64,000 nucleotides of DNA from Planctomycetota bacterium (GTDB lineage Bacteria; Planctomycetota; B15-G4; SIAN01), in the NCBI GenBank assembly GCA_031409275.1, contig JANNXA010000033.1:1-64000 (forward strand). Reading direction: 5' to 3'. A program made the translations under genes and the position numbers. The notes under the pieces were generated by a model, which saw only the letters and a program-made list of their open reading frames with translations, was not told the origin of the DNA and made no database searches. Position 1 is the first letter of the stretch; each line of letters opens with the position of its first letter. This document shows positions 1 to 9,337 of the stretch, in pieces.

Positions 1-130
1 TTGCGAGGCGACGGGATGTCGGCTCTGGACGAGGAGGGGAAGTGCGACTTCGACGATGCGGGTTTGCTGACCCGCTGAGGAAGAAGCGCGCTTTCTCGAC
101 GAAGTACGGAGTCGGCAGACCGAGCCGCAG

Positions 131-158
131 CAGGGGTTTCATGAATAAGACGGGCTAG
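131..158 (+). mobile_element. Possible right end of an insertion sequence (…GGTTTCATGAATAAGACGGGCTAG)
   Basis: AT-richer motif ending in CTAG; reads FMNKTG* in a frame open from the window edge. It resembles the 'MNxxG*'/CTAG ends I recall from some IS elements. No transposase is visible in the window. Confidence 0.25.
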
Positions 159-338
159 CGTTCGCCCGTCGAGTGGAGGTCCCCCCGAGCTACTCCGGAG
201 GATCCGCAACGACAGCGCGCGAAGCGCGTGTGGTTGGTGGAAAACTCCCCGCCACCGAAGGTGAATGCAGCGATCGAGGGGGGCGCGCGGCGCTCGTGAT
301 GGGAGCGGCGGCGGGCGACGGGAGCGTATTCTCGTGCC

Positions 339-1952
339 ATGGTCGAGCCAACACGGCGGGACTTCCTGGGAACGGTCGCGACCGGATCGCTCGCGTGCGG
401 GGCGTTCCTCACGGACGCGATCGGTGCCGCAGCGGCCGCGCTCACTCCCGCGCAACTCGCCGCGCGCCCGACTCACGGCCCGACGGGAGAGCTCGTCGAG
501 CTGGTCCGCTTCGTCCGCGAGACACCGGCCGACGCCATCGTCCTCGCGGCCGTTGCGCGGCTGCGCGCCGGCCTGCCGATCGAGCAGCTTGGCGCGGCGA
601 CGCTGCTGGCCGGCCTCGAAGACGTCCGCCCGCGCCCGGTCGGCTTCCAATTCCACTGCGTCCTGCAATTGCCCGCGGTGTGGACCGTCGCCTGCGCGCT
701 CCCGCCCGCGGAACAACCGCTCCCGTTCCTCTACGCGCTGACCGTCTACAAACGCGCTCAGACCGCGATGGCGACTCGTTCGCCGTGGTCGCTGCCGGCG
801 GCGCCGACCGCGCTGCCGAGCGAGGCGGACGCCGGTTCGCAGCTCTCCCGCGCGCTCGACGAATTCGACCTCGACGCCGCCGACGCCGCGATCACGGCGC
901 TGGTGCGCAACGGCTCGCGCGCGATCCTGATCGCCGCGCTGCTTCCATGGACCATGCGCGACTTCGCCGATGTCGGCCACCATCCGATCTTCGGCACGGC
1001 CGCGTTCCGCCTGCTCGACACGATCGGTTGGAAGTACGCCGAGCCGCTGCTGCGCTCGCTCGTCCACGGATTCGTGCTGGCGGGCGCCACTTCGACGACC
1101 GCTCCGTTCGCCGACAGCCGCGCTCTTGCTCGGCGCCAACTCGCCACGGAACCGGATCGCGCGACGCGCTCCCCTGCGGACCCTGCCGCGCTCGACGCGC
1201 CACGCTTCACGCGCGCGACGATGGGCGAGTCGAGCGGCAGCGCGCTCGGCGCGATCTCAGCCTACGTGGCGGCTCTGCCCACCGCCGAGTCGATCGAGCG
1301 AGGCTTCGCAGCGGTGGAGCGCGTCGGCCTCGAACTGCTGCTCGAGAATCCGGGGCTGCTGGCGGTGCACGCCACGACGTCCGCGCGCGCGCTGCGAGAG
1401 CTTGCCGCGCGCACCCGCGATCGCGAGCTGCAGCTCGTGGCGCTGTTCCAGGCCGCCTCCTGGTGCCCGCTCTGGCGCAAGGCGTTCGGCGGTGCGAAGC
1501 AGGATGGCGACGCCTCGTCGCTGGATGCGATCGAGCGCGAGGCGGCCGCCGCCGCGCCGCCCACGGCCTCCGCTGCGGAGCTGCTCTCCGACCACGGTCG
1601 CATCGATCGTCGCGCGCTCGCCGTGCAACTCGTCGGTGCGCTGAGCGGCGAGCGGGGCACGACGACGACGGCCGCCGACCGCGTTGCCGCGCGCTCGGCG
1701 GCTGCCACGGACTACCGAGCCGCCGCACGCGCCCTCGTCGTCGCCAAGGGCCGCGAGGCGCACGACTACAAGTTCTTCGCGGCGATCGACGAAGCGGCGG
1801 CGCCCCCGCTCCCGGCAACCGCGAGCTCCGGTCCACCTCCGTCGGCTCCCGATCCGTTGCCGCTGGCCACCCTCACCTACTACCTGCGTCCGAGCAGCGA
1901 GCCGGACTTCGCACCGGTCGCGGAGGCGCGCGGAGCGTTGTCGAAGGGGTGA
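339..1952 (+). CDS. Tat-exported conserved hypothetical protein (helical, His-motif rich)
   Basis: Twin-arginine signal TRRDFLG; motifs FQFHCVL, DVGHHPIF, AVHATTS, EAHDYKF; GC3-rich codons. Confidence 0.8.
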   Translation: MVEPTRRDFLGTVATGSLACGAFLTDAIGAAAAALTPAQLAARPTHGPTGELVELVRFVRETPADAIVLAAVARLRAGLPIEQLGAATLLAGLEDVRPRPVGFQFHCVLQLPAVWTVACALPPAEQPLPFLYALTVYKRAQTAMATRSPWSLPAAPTALPSEADAGSQLSRALDEFDLDAADAAITALVRNGSRAILIAALLPWTMRDFADVGHHPIFGTAAFRLLDTIGWKYAEPLLRSLVHGFVLAGATSTTAPFADSRALARRQLATEPDRATRSPADPAALDAPRFTRATMGESSGSALGAISAYVAALPTAESIERGFAAVERVGLELLLENPGLLAVHATTSARALRELAARTRDRELQLVALFQAASWCPLWRKAFGGAKQDGDASSLDAIEREAAAAAPPTASAAELLSDHGRIDRRALAVQLVGALSGERGTTTTAADRVAARSAAATDYRAAARALVVAKGREAHDYKFFAAIDEAAAPPLPATASSGPPPSAPDPLPLATLTYYLRPSSEPDFAPVAEARGALSKG

Positions 1953-1955
1953 GCG

Positions 1956-4511
1956 ATGCGAGTCAACCGTCCGCGGAAGTTCCGTTCGCTGGCGGTTGGA
2001 CTCCTCGCGTTCGTCGCGTGCTCGCCATTCCTTGCCGGCTCTGAGTCGATCGCGCCGGGCGTCGGCGAAGTTCGCGTCGAGGTGGTGGCCGCGGACGGCC
2101 ATCCGGCGAAGCGAGCGACGGTGATCGTGGCGCCGCGCCGCGCCGAATTCGTGCAGCAGCTCCCGCCGCACCAATCGATCGCGCCGGCACGCTCGGCGCC
2201 CAGGAGTTCGCCGTTCGCGGAGATGCGAGCACGCAGTCGCAGCTTTCTGGTCGAAGCCGATGGCGCCGCGACGATCGTCGTGCCCACCGATACGGCCGGG
2301 TTGCTCGCCTTCGATGAGGTGGACGGCGGCGTGGCCGTCCTCTTCCCACCGTGGCCGCTTGGAGACTCGCTTCGGATTCAACTCCATGCACCGGCGACGA
2401 CCCTCGTTCAGGTGCAGGCGGCGCCGCGCGCGCCGGTCGCTGGCGTTGCGATCGACTTCGGGATCGGCTGGACCGAGGTCAGCGATGCAGTGGGTCGCGT
2501 CGAACTGAGTGCGCTCGATCGTCTCGCCCTTCGGATCTGGAATTCGTCGCGAGGTCAAAAGGACGAGGTCGCCGTGGCCGGGTGGTTCGACGAGTCGATC
2601 ACCGCGAAGCTGCCGCCTCTCACCACGGAAGGTGGGGTCGCGGCGGCGGGCGCGCTGCTGCTCGAGCTGCCGCCCGCCGCGACCGTCGACTTCGAAATCG
2701 ACGAGGAAGCGGATCACGCGAGCGAGATGGACGGCGTCGTCAGCATCGTTCAGCTTCGCGACCGCTGGGACGCTGTCGATTTCATCGACTGCCCGGATTT
2801 CGATGAGTGCGTCGTTCCTCTCCGAGCGGGTCGCGGTCGATGGTGGCCCGTGGCACCCGGATGCCGCTTCTCCGCGGTCGTCGCCACCGCGGACGGGGTG
2901 TTCCAGAGCGTCGAATCGCGAGCGCCTGCCGCCGGCGCGACCGCTCGCGTCGCGTTGCGGCGCGTTGCGGACTCGGAGTGGACCGTCGCGACGTTGCGCG
3001 ACGCATCGAATCGGCCGTTGGTCGACACTCCGTTCCTAGCGCGTGTCCGCGACGGCTACTCCGACGCGTTCGAACGAGTCGTCACCGACGATGCAGGCCG
3101 GTTGTTGCTGCGCCTGCGACCGACGCTCGAGCGAGTGGAGCTCTTCGGCGATGGAGCGGACGCGGCAGCGCCGCTTGGCGTGGTGCTCGACCGAAGCGAG
3201 AAGGGGGAGTGGCGGCATGAAGCCGGACCGATCACCGTGGCGTCCGTGCCAGTCGTGCTGGCGGGAAGCGTCCGCGATGAGACGGGCGCCCCGATGGTTG
3301 GCGCCGCGGTGCGCTGCTTTTCAGGAAGCTCGATCACGCGCTCGTCCCGGCTCAGCGACCAGATTCGATTCAGGGACAACGGCGACACCGTCGTCGAAGT
3401 CGCGCCGGCCGCAGCCATCAGCGATGACAGCGGCCGCTTCGTCGTTCGCGGTTTCCTGAGGCCCGGCGAGCCGTTGCGCTGGCGGGTCGATGAGGCGTGT
3501 TTCGGCGGCACGAGTCACGGCGACGCGACGAGCGGGGTGCTTGACCAGACCCTGGTGATCGCGAGTCGCGGGTTGTTGAACGGGCGCTGTCTGCTGGCGG
3601 ATGGGTTCGAGGGCCGCGATCTGTCGGTGCGCTTCGTGCCGGTCGAAGTGACCTGGGACGCGGGTGCTGGATTCTTCAGCGGCGAGGCGACCGTCGAAGA
3701 CGACGGCCGTTTCCACAGCGGACCGCTGGCCCCGGGAACTTGGGACGTCGTGCTGACCCTGAAGGGCACGCTCGAAGCCGGCCCCGCGGCAGGAGCCGCA
3801 GCGCGCGTCGATCGCGTCCTCGTCGAGCGTCGTCGCAAGTGCGCCGACCCCCGCCTTGCGGCCATCGATCTGCGCGACGGTTGGCAGGTGACCACGTTGA
3901 CGGTGGTGGATGACGCCGGCCGCCCGATTCCGGAGGGAACGATCTGGGCGAAAGACGGCGCTGCGACCCACTGGTCGAACGAGTTGCCGGCCGATCCGCT
4001 CGTGGTGCCGTGGCGGCGCGAGGCGCCGTCGGTGACGCTCTTCGCGCCCGCGTGGCGCCGTCAGGAGGTCGTCTTGCGGCCGGGTGCGCAGCGGGTCGAA
4101 CTCGTGCCGGGGCCTGCGCGGTCGATCGTCGTCTCGGAGCGCGGCTTGCCGACGAACGGCTCCTATCGCTTCGAACTCACCGTCGCGCGCAAGTCGGAGG
4201 CGAAGGGCGAAGCCCCGGAGTCCAACAGGCCGCTCCTGTTTTGCGCGGCGAGTTCCGAAGCGCAGGAGGAGGTCGAACTCGTGTCCGGCGAACTCGCGCG
4301 GGTACAGGTCCATCAGGCGATGAAAGTGCAGCTCACCGTGGCGGTGAGCTGGTCCTCGAGCGCGGACGAGGGGCCGACGGACCTCGTCGAGTTCGCTCGG
4401 GTGCTCACCGTGGCCGACGATTCCGTTGCCGAGCGCGATCCGTTCGTCGTCGAGTTCTCCGCCGCGGAACTTGCGGCGATCGCGGCCACCATCGACGATC
4501 TCGACGAGTAG
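1956..4511 (+). CDS. Secreted carboxypeptidase-regulatory-like / beta-sandwich repeat protein
   Basis: N-terminal signal peptide; repeated motifs GSVRDETGAPMVGAAV, TDDAGRL, DDSGRFVVRG, VVDDAGRPI; starts 3 nt after the previous stop. Confidence 0.75.
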   Translation: MRVNRPRKFRSLAVGLLAFVACSPFLAGSESIAPGVGEVRVEVVAADGHPAKRATVIVAPRRAEFVQQLPPHQSIAPARSAPRSSPFAEMRARSRSFLVEADGAATIVVPTDTAGLLAFDEVDGGVAVLFPPWPLGDSLRIQLHAPATTLVQVQAAPRAPVAGVAIDFGIGWTEVSDAVGRVELSALDRLALRIWNSSRGQKDEVAVAGWFDESITAKLPPLTTEGGVAAAGALLLELPPAATVDFEIDEEADHASEMDGVVSIVQLRDRWDAVDFIDCPDFDECVVPLRAGRGRWWPVAPGCRFSAVVATADGVFQSVESRAPAAGATARVALRRVADSEWTVATLRDASNRPLVDTPFLARVRDGYSDAFERVVTDDAGRLLLRLRPTLERVELFGDGADAAAPLGVVLDRSEKGEWRHEAGPITVASVPVVLAGSVRDETGAPMVGAAVRCFSGSSITRSSRLSDQIRFRDNGDTVVEVAPAAAISDDSGRFVVRGFLRPGEPLRWRVDEACFGGTSHGDATSGVLDQTLVIASRGLLNGRCLLADGFEGRDLSVRFVPVEVTWDAGAGFFSGEATVEDDGRFHSGPLAPGTWDVVLTLKGTLEAGPAAGAAARVDRVLVERRRKCADPRLAAIDLRDGWQVTTLTVVDDAGRPIPEGTIWAKDGAATHWSNELPADPLVVPWRREAPSVTLFAPAWRRQEVVLRPGAQRVELVPGPARSIVVSERGLPTNGSYRFELTVARKSEAKGEAPESNRPLLFCAASSEAQEEVELVSGELARVQVHQAMKVQLTVAVSWSSSADEGPTDLVEFARVLTVADDSVAERDPFVVEFSAAELAAIAATIDDLDE

Positions 4512-4524
4512 CGCCGCGGGCGCC

Positions 4525-5925
4525 TCAACCCGTTCGCGAACTTCCGCCGGTCGCCGCCAACAGCAGCGCCAGCCACGTGATCGGCACCACCGGATCGAAG
4601 TGGCCGGGGAACGGGATGTCGCCGATGGCGGAGGCGGCGAGCTGCGCGAACGGCAGCCCCGCGCAGAAGAGCAGCGCGCGGTCACGACGCACCAGGCCGA
4701 TGAGCCCACTCGCGAACAGGGCGATCAAGATCCAGCCGCCGCACCAGGCGCGCGAGAGGCGTGACCAGGCTCGCAGCAAGCGCACGCTGCGACCCTCGTC
4801 GATCGAGCGCGGCGCGTAGGGCGGCAGCAGTTCCAACGCCTTCGCGAAACGCTCCGGGGATGCCGACCAGGTGCTGGCGCTCTTCGCTTCGAAGCGCGCG
4901 AAGGCGTCGAGCGTCCAAGTCGCGCCGATGGTGTACTGCGCGGGATCGCAGCGACCGACGCTGGTGATCATCGAGTCGACGGTGAGGCGGGCGCTGCGCC
5001 AAGGATCGGCCGCGAGCGCTTGCATCGCGACGACGCCGAGCCGTTGGTCGGCCTGCTCGGGCGTCAGCTGTTCGTGCTCCAGCAGCAACTGGTGGAGCCT
5101 CCAGCCGGCCTGGCCGACGAACAGGGACGGCATGCCGGACGCCCGTCCCAGCGCTTCGAGCTGCCGCGCCTCGAGCGTGTCGGGGAGTTCGCGTTCGAGT
5201 CCAGCGACCCGGCAGAAGAGGTGGATGCCACTGCCCTTCACGAGCGCGAAGCTGCCGAAGTCGAGCCGGTTCCTGGTCAGCACCAGGCCGAGCATCAGCG
5301 CCGCGCCGCAAAGGAAACGTCCGAGCAGCGGTGCGTCGCGGCGCGGATGGGTCAGCAGCACCGCCACGCCGATCGCAGCGATGAGCGCCACGCCCGAGCT
5401 GCGTTGCGCGACGGCGCCGATCGCCAGCGCCCCCGCGAGCCACGCCGCCCCGGGTCTCCGCGTCGTCATTGCGCGGACGACCCAATAGCTCGTCAGCGCG
5501 ATGAGGAAGGCGAAGAGGCTGTCGCTCTGCGCGCTCTGCGCGAACAGCGAGAGCGGCGCGTGCAACGCCGTCAGCATCGCCGCGACGAAGCCGATGCGCG
5601 GCCGTTCCAACTGCTCGCCGCAGCGCAGGACGAGCCACGGGATCGAAGCGACCGCGAGCTGCTGAAGGACGACCAGGGTCGCCATGCGCGCGCCACTCGG
5701 CACCGCGAAGCAGAGCGCGTCGAGCAGCAGCGGGTAGGCCGGATTGAACGTCGCGAAACGGAGGTTGAAATGCGCATGCCAGGTGTGGGTCAAGAACGCG
5801 GCGCTGTCGGGGAAGAAGAGCCCGCCGAGCCAGAACAGCTCGAACGAGGCGGCGAGCAGCGCGACGACGACGGGCAGGAAACGCCACGCCGTGGGCAGGC
5901 GTCGATCCGCGTCGCGCTCGCTCAT
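4525..5925 (-). CDS. Polytopic membrane protein, GT-C / ArnT-PMT-like glycosyltransferase
   Basis: Start revised to MSERDAD (ATGA overlap with upstream gene); PDS loop motif after TM1, PAYPLLL, SDSLFAFL; many hydrophobic segments. Confidence 0.65.
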   Translation of the reverse strand: MSERDADRRLPTAWRFLPVVVALLAASFELFWLGGLFFPDSAAFLTHTWHAHFNLRFATFNPAYPLLLDALCFAVPSGARMATLVVLQQLAVASIPWLVLRCGEQLERPRIGFVAAMLTALHAPLSLFAQSAQSDSLFAFLIALTSYWVVRAMTTRRPGAAWLAGALAIGAVAQRSSGVALIAAIGVAVLLTHPRRDAPLLGRFLCGAALMLGLVLTRNRLDFGSFALVKGSGIHLFCRVAGLERELPDTLEARQLEALGRASGMPSLFVGQAGWRLHQLLLEHEQLTPEQADQRLGVVAMQALAADPWRSARLTVDSMITSVGRCDPAQYTIGATWTLDAFARFEAKSASTWSASPERFAKALELLPPYAPRSIDEGRSVRLLRAWSRLSRAWCGGWILIALFASGLIGLVRRDRALLFCAGLPFAQLAASAIGDIPFPGHFDPVVPITWLALLLAATGGSSRTG

Positions 5926-6284
5926 CGCCGTGCGATCAACGCGGCGGCCGCCAGCGCCAGCAGCAGTCCAGCGATGCGCGCGGGCGCCAGTGCCTCGCCG
6001 AAACAGAGTCGTCCCGCCACGACCGACAGCACCAGCGTCAGCAGGCTCGAGACGGGCAGCGCGACCGACATCTCGAGGCGCGAAAGAGCGTGGAACCACA
6101 GCGCCGTGCCCACCACCAGCAGCACCCCACCGGCCCACAGGCGCGCCGATCCGGCCATGCGCAGCAGATCGGAAGCGCGCGGCGCGGCGCCCATCGCGAG
6201 GCCGTCGAGCCCGAGCTTGGCCAACGTCTGCCCCGCGACGCAGAGCAGGCTCGACATGGCGATCCAGCCAAGCGACCCGATCAC
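5922..6284 (-). CDS. Small DMT/EamA (ArnE/ArnF-like) membrane protein
   Basis: GTG start overlapping the upstream stop (GTGA); 120 aa, about 4 TM; motifs AGQTLAKLG, ALSRLEMSVALP, LCFGEAL. Confidence 0.8.
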   Translation of the reverse strand: MIGSLGWIAMSSLLCVAGQTLAKLGLDGLAMGAAPRASDLLRMAGSARLWAGGVLLVVGTALWFHALSRLEMSVALPVSSLLTLVLSVVAGRLCFGEALAPARIAGLLLALAAAALIARR

Positions 6285-7651
6285 AGGGCCGTCTCGCTGC
6301 CGCTCGCCAGGGCGCGGGCGCGCGCAACATTCGACAGCACCAGCGGCACCTTGCCGGTGGGACCGTGCTTCAACCCCGCAGGCGTGACCCGATCGAGCCG
6401 AACCCGCATGGTCGGACCGACCAGCCGCTGCGCCGAGTCGAGGAAGCGGCGCTCCTGCGTCGCATCGAAGGCAGCGGTCGGTACCACGCGCATCAGCAGG
6501 CTCGACTCCTCCTCCTGGAGGAACTGGACGCCGGCGACGCCTTCGACGAGGTCGGGGACGACGAACAGCGCAGTGACGCAGCGGCCATCGGCGGTCACCA
6601 CCGCGTCTTCGGTGCGACCGTGCACGGCCTTCACCAGAGGCAACGTGCGCCCGCACGGGCAGCGCGCGTCGGGCGGCGCGAGCTCGACGAGGTCGCCGAC
6701 GTCGTAGCGCAACAGCGGCATCGAGTGATTGTGAAGCGACGTGCCGACGATCGCGTGCAACGGCTGACCGCTCGGGGTCTTGAACTCGGTGGCCACGAAC
6801 TCGTGCTCGCAGTAGTCGCTGTTGACGTGGTAGCCGCCTTCAAGGCATTCGCTGATCGACGCCACCTGCTCCAGCAATCCGTAGGAGTCGAGTGCGCGGC
6901 AGCCGAAGACGCGTTCCATCACGGCTCGCCGCGCCGGCACCAGGTTCTCGCCCGTCGAGAAGATCGCCTGCAGCTTGAGGTCGCGGATGCCGTGCTCCTC
7001 GAAGAGCAGGGCCAGGTAGTAGAGCGGGCTTGCGAGCCCCTTCAGGAAGCGGACGCGATGGGCACGCATCGCCGCGGCGTACTCGTGCACGTTGGCGCGA
7101 GAGAGCGCGGCGCTGTTCAGCATGAGGCGCGCGAAGTGGGGCTGCCAGCGGGCGACGCGCTCGTCGAGGCCGCGGCGCAGGAAGTGCTGCGCATTCAGTT
7201 GTGCGAAACGTTGACCGAGGCGAAACCCGGCCCAGCTCCAGTGACGCCAGTAGTAGACGAACTCCAGGACGCGCGCGTGGCGATCGACCAGGAAGGCGAC
7301 GGGGTTGCCCGTCGTGCCGCTGGTGTAGGAAGCGCGAGCGTGGTGCTTGGCGGCGTCGCGAGCGTGCAGACGGGAGCCGAGAGCGCGGACCGCTTCCTTG
7401 GTCAGCAACGGCAGGCGCGCGAGGTCGGCGGCGCTGCGGATCTCCTCGGGCCGCACGCCGGCCTGCGCGAAGCGTTCGCGATAGGCGTCGCACTGCGTCG
7501 CGGCGCTCTGCACGACGGCGCGCAGTCGCTGTTCGCGCCACTCCTTCCAGTCGTCGAGGGGACGCCACTGATGACGCATGAACGCGCCGCCGAGTCGCCT
7601 GATGGCGAGCGGGTGAAAGAAGTCGCGCAGCGAGAACTCGATCTCCGGCAT
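6281..7651 (-). CDS. Phenylacetate-CoA ligase / CapK-like adenylate-forming enzyme
   Basis: LPLLTKE, TSGTTGNP P-loop, STGE, SYGLLE, MPLLRYDVGD, HGRTED; start revised to MPEIEF. Confidence 0.9.
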   Translation of the reverse strand: MPEIEFSLRDFFHPLAIRRLGGAFMRHQWRPLDDWKEWREQRLRAVVQSAATQCDAYRERFAQAGVRPEEIRSAADLARLPLLTKEAVRALGSRLHARDAAKHHARASYTSGTTGNPVAFLVDRHARVLEFVYYWRHWSWAGFRLGQRFAQLNAQHFLRRGLDERVARWQPHFARLMLNSAALSRANVHEYAAAMRAHRVRFLKGLASPLYYLALLFEEHGIRDLKLQAIFSTGENLVPARRAVMERVFGCRALDSYGLLEQVASISECLEGGYHVNSDYCEHEFVATEFKTPSGQPLHAIVGTSLHNHSMPLLRYDVGDLVELAPPDARCPCGRTLPLVKAVHGRTEDAVVTADGRCVTALFVVPDLVEGVAGVQFLQEEESSLLMRVVPTAAFDATQERRFLDSAQRLVGPTMRVRLDRVTPAGLKHGPTGKVPLVLSNVARARALASGSETAL

Positions 7652-7727
7652 GGCCTCTGCTTCGGCGAAGAGCGCGCTGCAACCTGTTGCCCACGCCGCC
7701 GACGCGCCGCGATGCGAATCGGCTTCT

Positions 7728-9020
7728 CTACTTCGAGCCGCCCGCGACCGCTGCTCCATGCGCCGGCAGCCACGTGGCCGGATCGAGCCAGTCGTCGAGA
7801 GTGCCGGTGTCGGTGCGGTAGCCGTAGTTGTGGCCGTCGTCGTAACGGCCCGGATAGAGGCCGAAGTGGAGATGCGCGAACTGGCCGCCGTTCTCGTCGG
7901 ACCACGACAACCCGATGGTGCCGAGCAGCTGACCCGCTTTCACGAACTCACCGATGGTGACGTGGACCGAAGCAGCGGCGTGCATGTAGACCGCATTCAC
8001 GAACGATCCGCTTGCAACCTGGTGCTCGATCACGAGCCGCACGCCAGCGTCGCCACCGCCGCTGATCGAGCGGACGATGCCGTCGGCCATGGCGTAGAGG
8101 CCGGCGCCGTCGAGGCAGCCGCCAACGTCTTGCCCGGTGTGCACCACGGCTCCGCCGCGACGTCCCTGGCCAAAGGGCTGCATCACCAGTCGCGGCACCT
8201 CTTCGCGCCCGTAACCGAGCAGCGGCGGCACGAAACGGGTCGCCAACGGGGGCTCGTCGCGCGCGGGATCACGTTGCGCGAAGGCGGTGACGCCAGCCTG
8301 GACGATGGTCGCGTCGAGCGATTCGCGCTGATCGAGGCCGGCCAGCAGCGGCGCGTGCAGGAGCCCGCCCTTCGCGCGCACCTGCAGCTCGGTGCCGAGC
8401 GCGGTCGGTTCGCGATCGCCGATCAAGCGACGCTGAAGCGAGCGCAGCGCCTGCTGCACGTGTGGATCGAGCTCGGAGGCGCTGCAAGTGGTGACTCGCT
8501 TCGCGGCGTCGCTGCGGCGCGCATCGCGATCCGCGACGTCGCTCCACAGCGCCAACGCCGCGAGCGCCGCGCGTTCGCGCAGTCGCGCTTCGCGGTGCTC
8601 GAGCAGCAGGAGGGCGCGCTCGAACGTGGCGCCGTCGTGCAGGCGCTCGAGCCAGAAGAGCGCGCGGTGGGTGACGTGCCAGTCGGGGTGGTCGAGGCAG
8701 GCGCGCGCCAGCGGCAGCAGCTGCGGTTCGCGGAAGCGCTTCCATGCTTCGATCGCGGCGACCGCGCGCGAGCGGGCCAGCTCGACGGCCTTCGTGGCGC
8801 GGGCGTCGGGCCCGAGCTTCAGCAGTGCGTGCAGCTCGCCGCGCACCGAGTCGACCAGCTTCGCGCCATTGCCGCGGCCGATGTCGCCGCCCCACGCGCA
8901 GGGTTCCTGCGAGGGCGCGAACGCGAGCGTCAGCGACGCGACGAGCAGCGCCGGGAGCGTGCGAGCTCGCGCCGCGCGGAGGCGCGACGTCGTCGGGGTC
9001 GGGTGCGGAGCATCGACCAT
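7728..9020 (-). CDS. M23 family metallopeptidase with N-terminal HEAT-like repeats
   Basis: HTGQD (HxxxD), YMH and HLH motifs; HEAT-like segments LDHPDWHV, LEHREARLRERAA; signal-like N-terminus. Confidence 0.85.
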   Translation of the reverse strand: MVDAPHPTPTTSRLRAARARTLPALLVASLTLAFAPSQEPCAWGGDIGRGNGAKLVDSVRGELHALLKLGPDARATKAVELARSRAVAAIEAWKRFREPQLLPLARACLDHPDWHVTHRALFWLERLHDGATFERALLLLEHREARLRERAALAALALWSDVADRDARRSDAAKRVTTCSASELDPHVQQALRSLQRRLIGDREPTALGTELQVRAKGGLLHAPLLAGLDQRESLDATIVQAGVTAFAQRDPARDEPPLATRFVPPLLGYGREEVPRLVMQPFGQGRRGGAVVHTGQDVGGCLDGAGLYAMADGIVRSISGGGDAGVRLVIEHQVASGSFVNAVYMHAAASVHVTIGEFVKAGQLLGTIGLSWSDENGGQFAHLHFGLYPGRYDDGHNYGYRTDTGTLDDWLDPATWLPAHGAAVAGGSK

Positions 9021-9337
9021 GGGCGCGATCGTAACGGTCGCGCGGTCGTGCGGCCGCCCGACCTCTTGACGACCCACCCTTCGTGAACGAACGGTGGCGC
9101 AGACGACGGTCGACGCCCCTCGAATCCAGCGGACGACCGCGCAACGGGCAGCGCGGCGGCGCTACTGCTGCGAACGCGTGACGCAGCGCCCGCTCTACCG
9201 CGTGCTCGGAAAGCTGTTCGGTTGGTTCGCGAAACGGCAGGCGCGCGGATTCACGCAGAAGCTCGGGTCGTTGGCGGTGCGCACCTGACCGAATGCCCGC
9301 GGCGTTCGACCGATCTCGGCGCGACGCGCTCGTTCGT

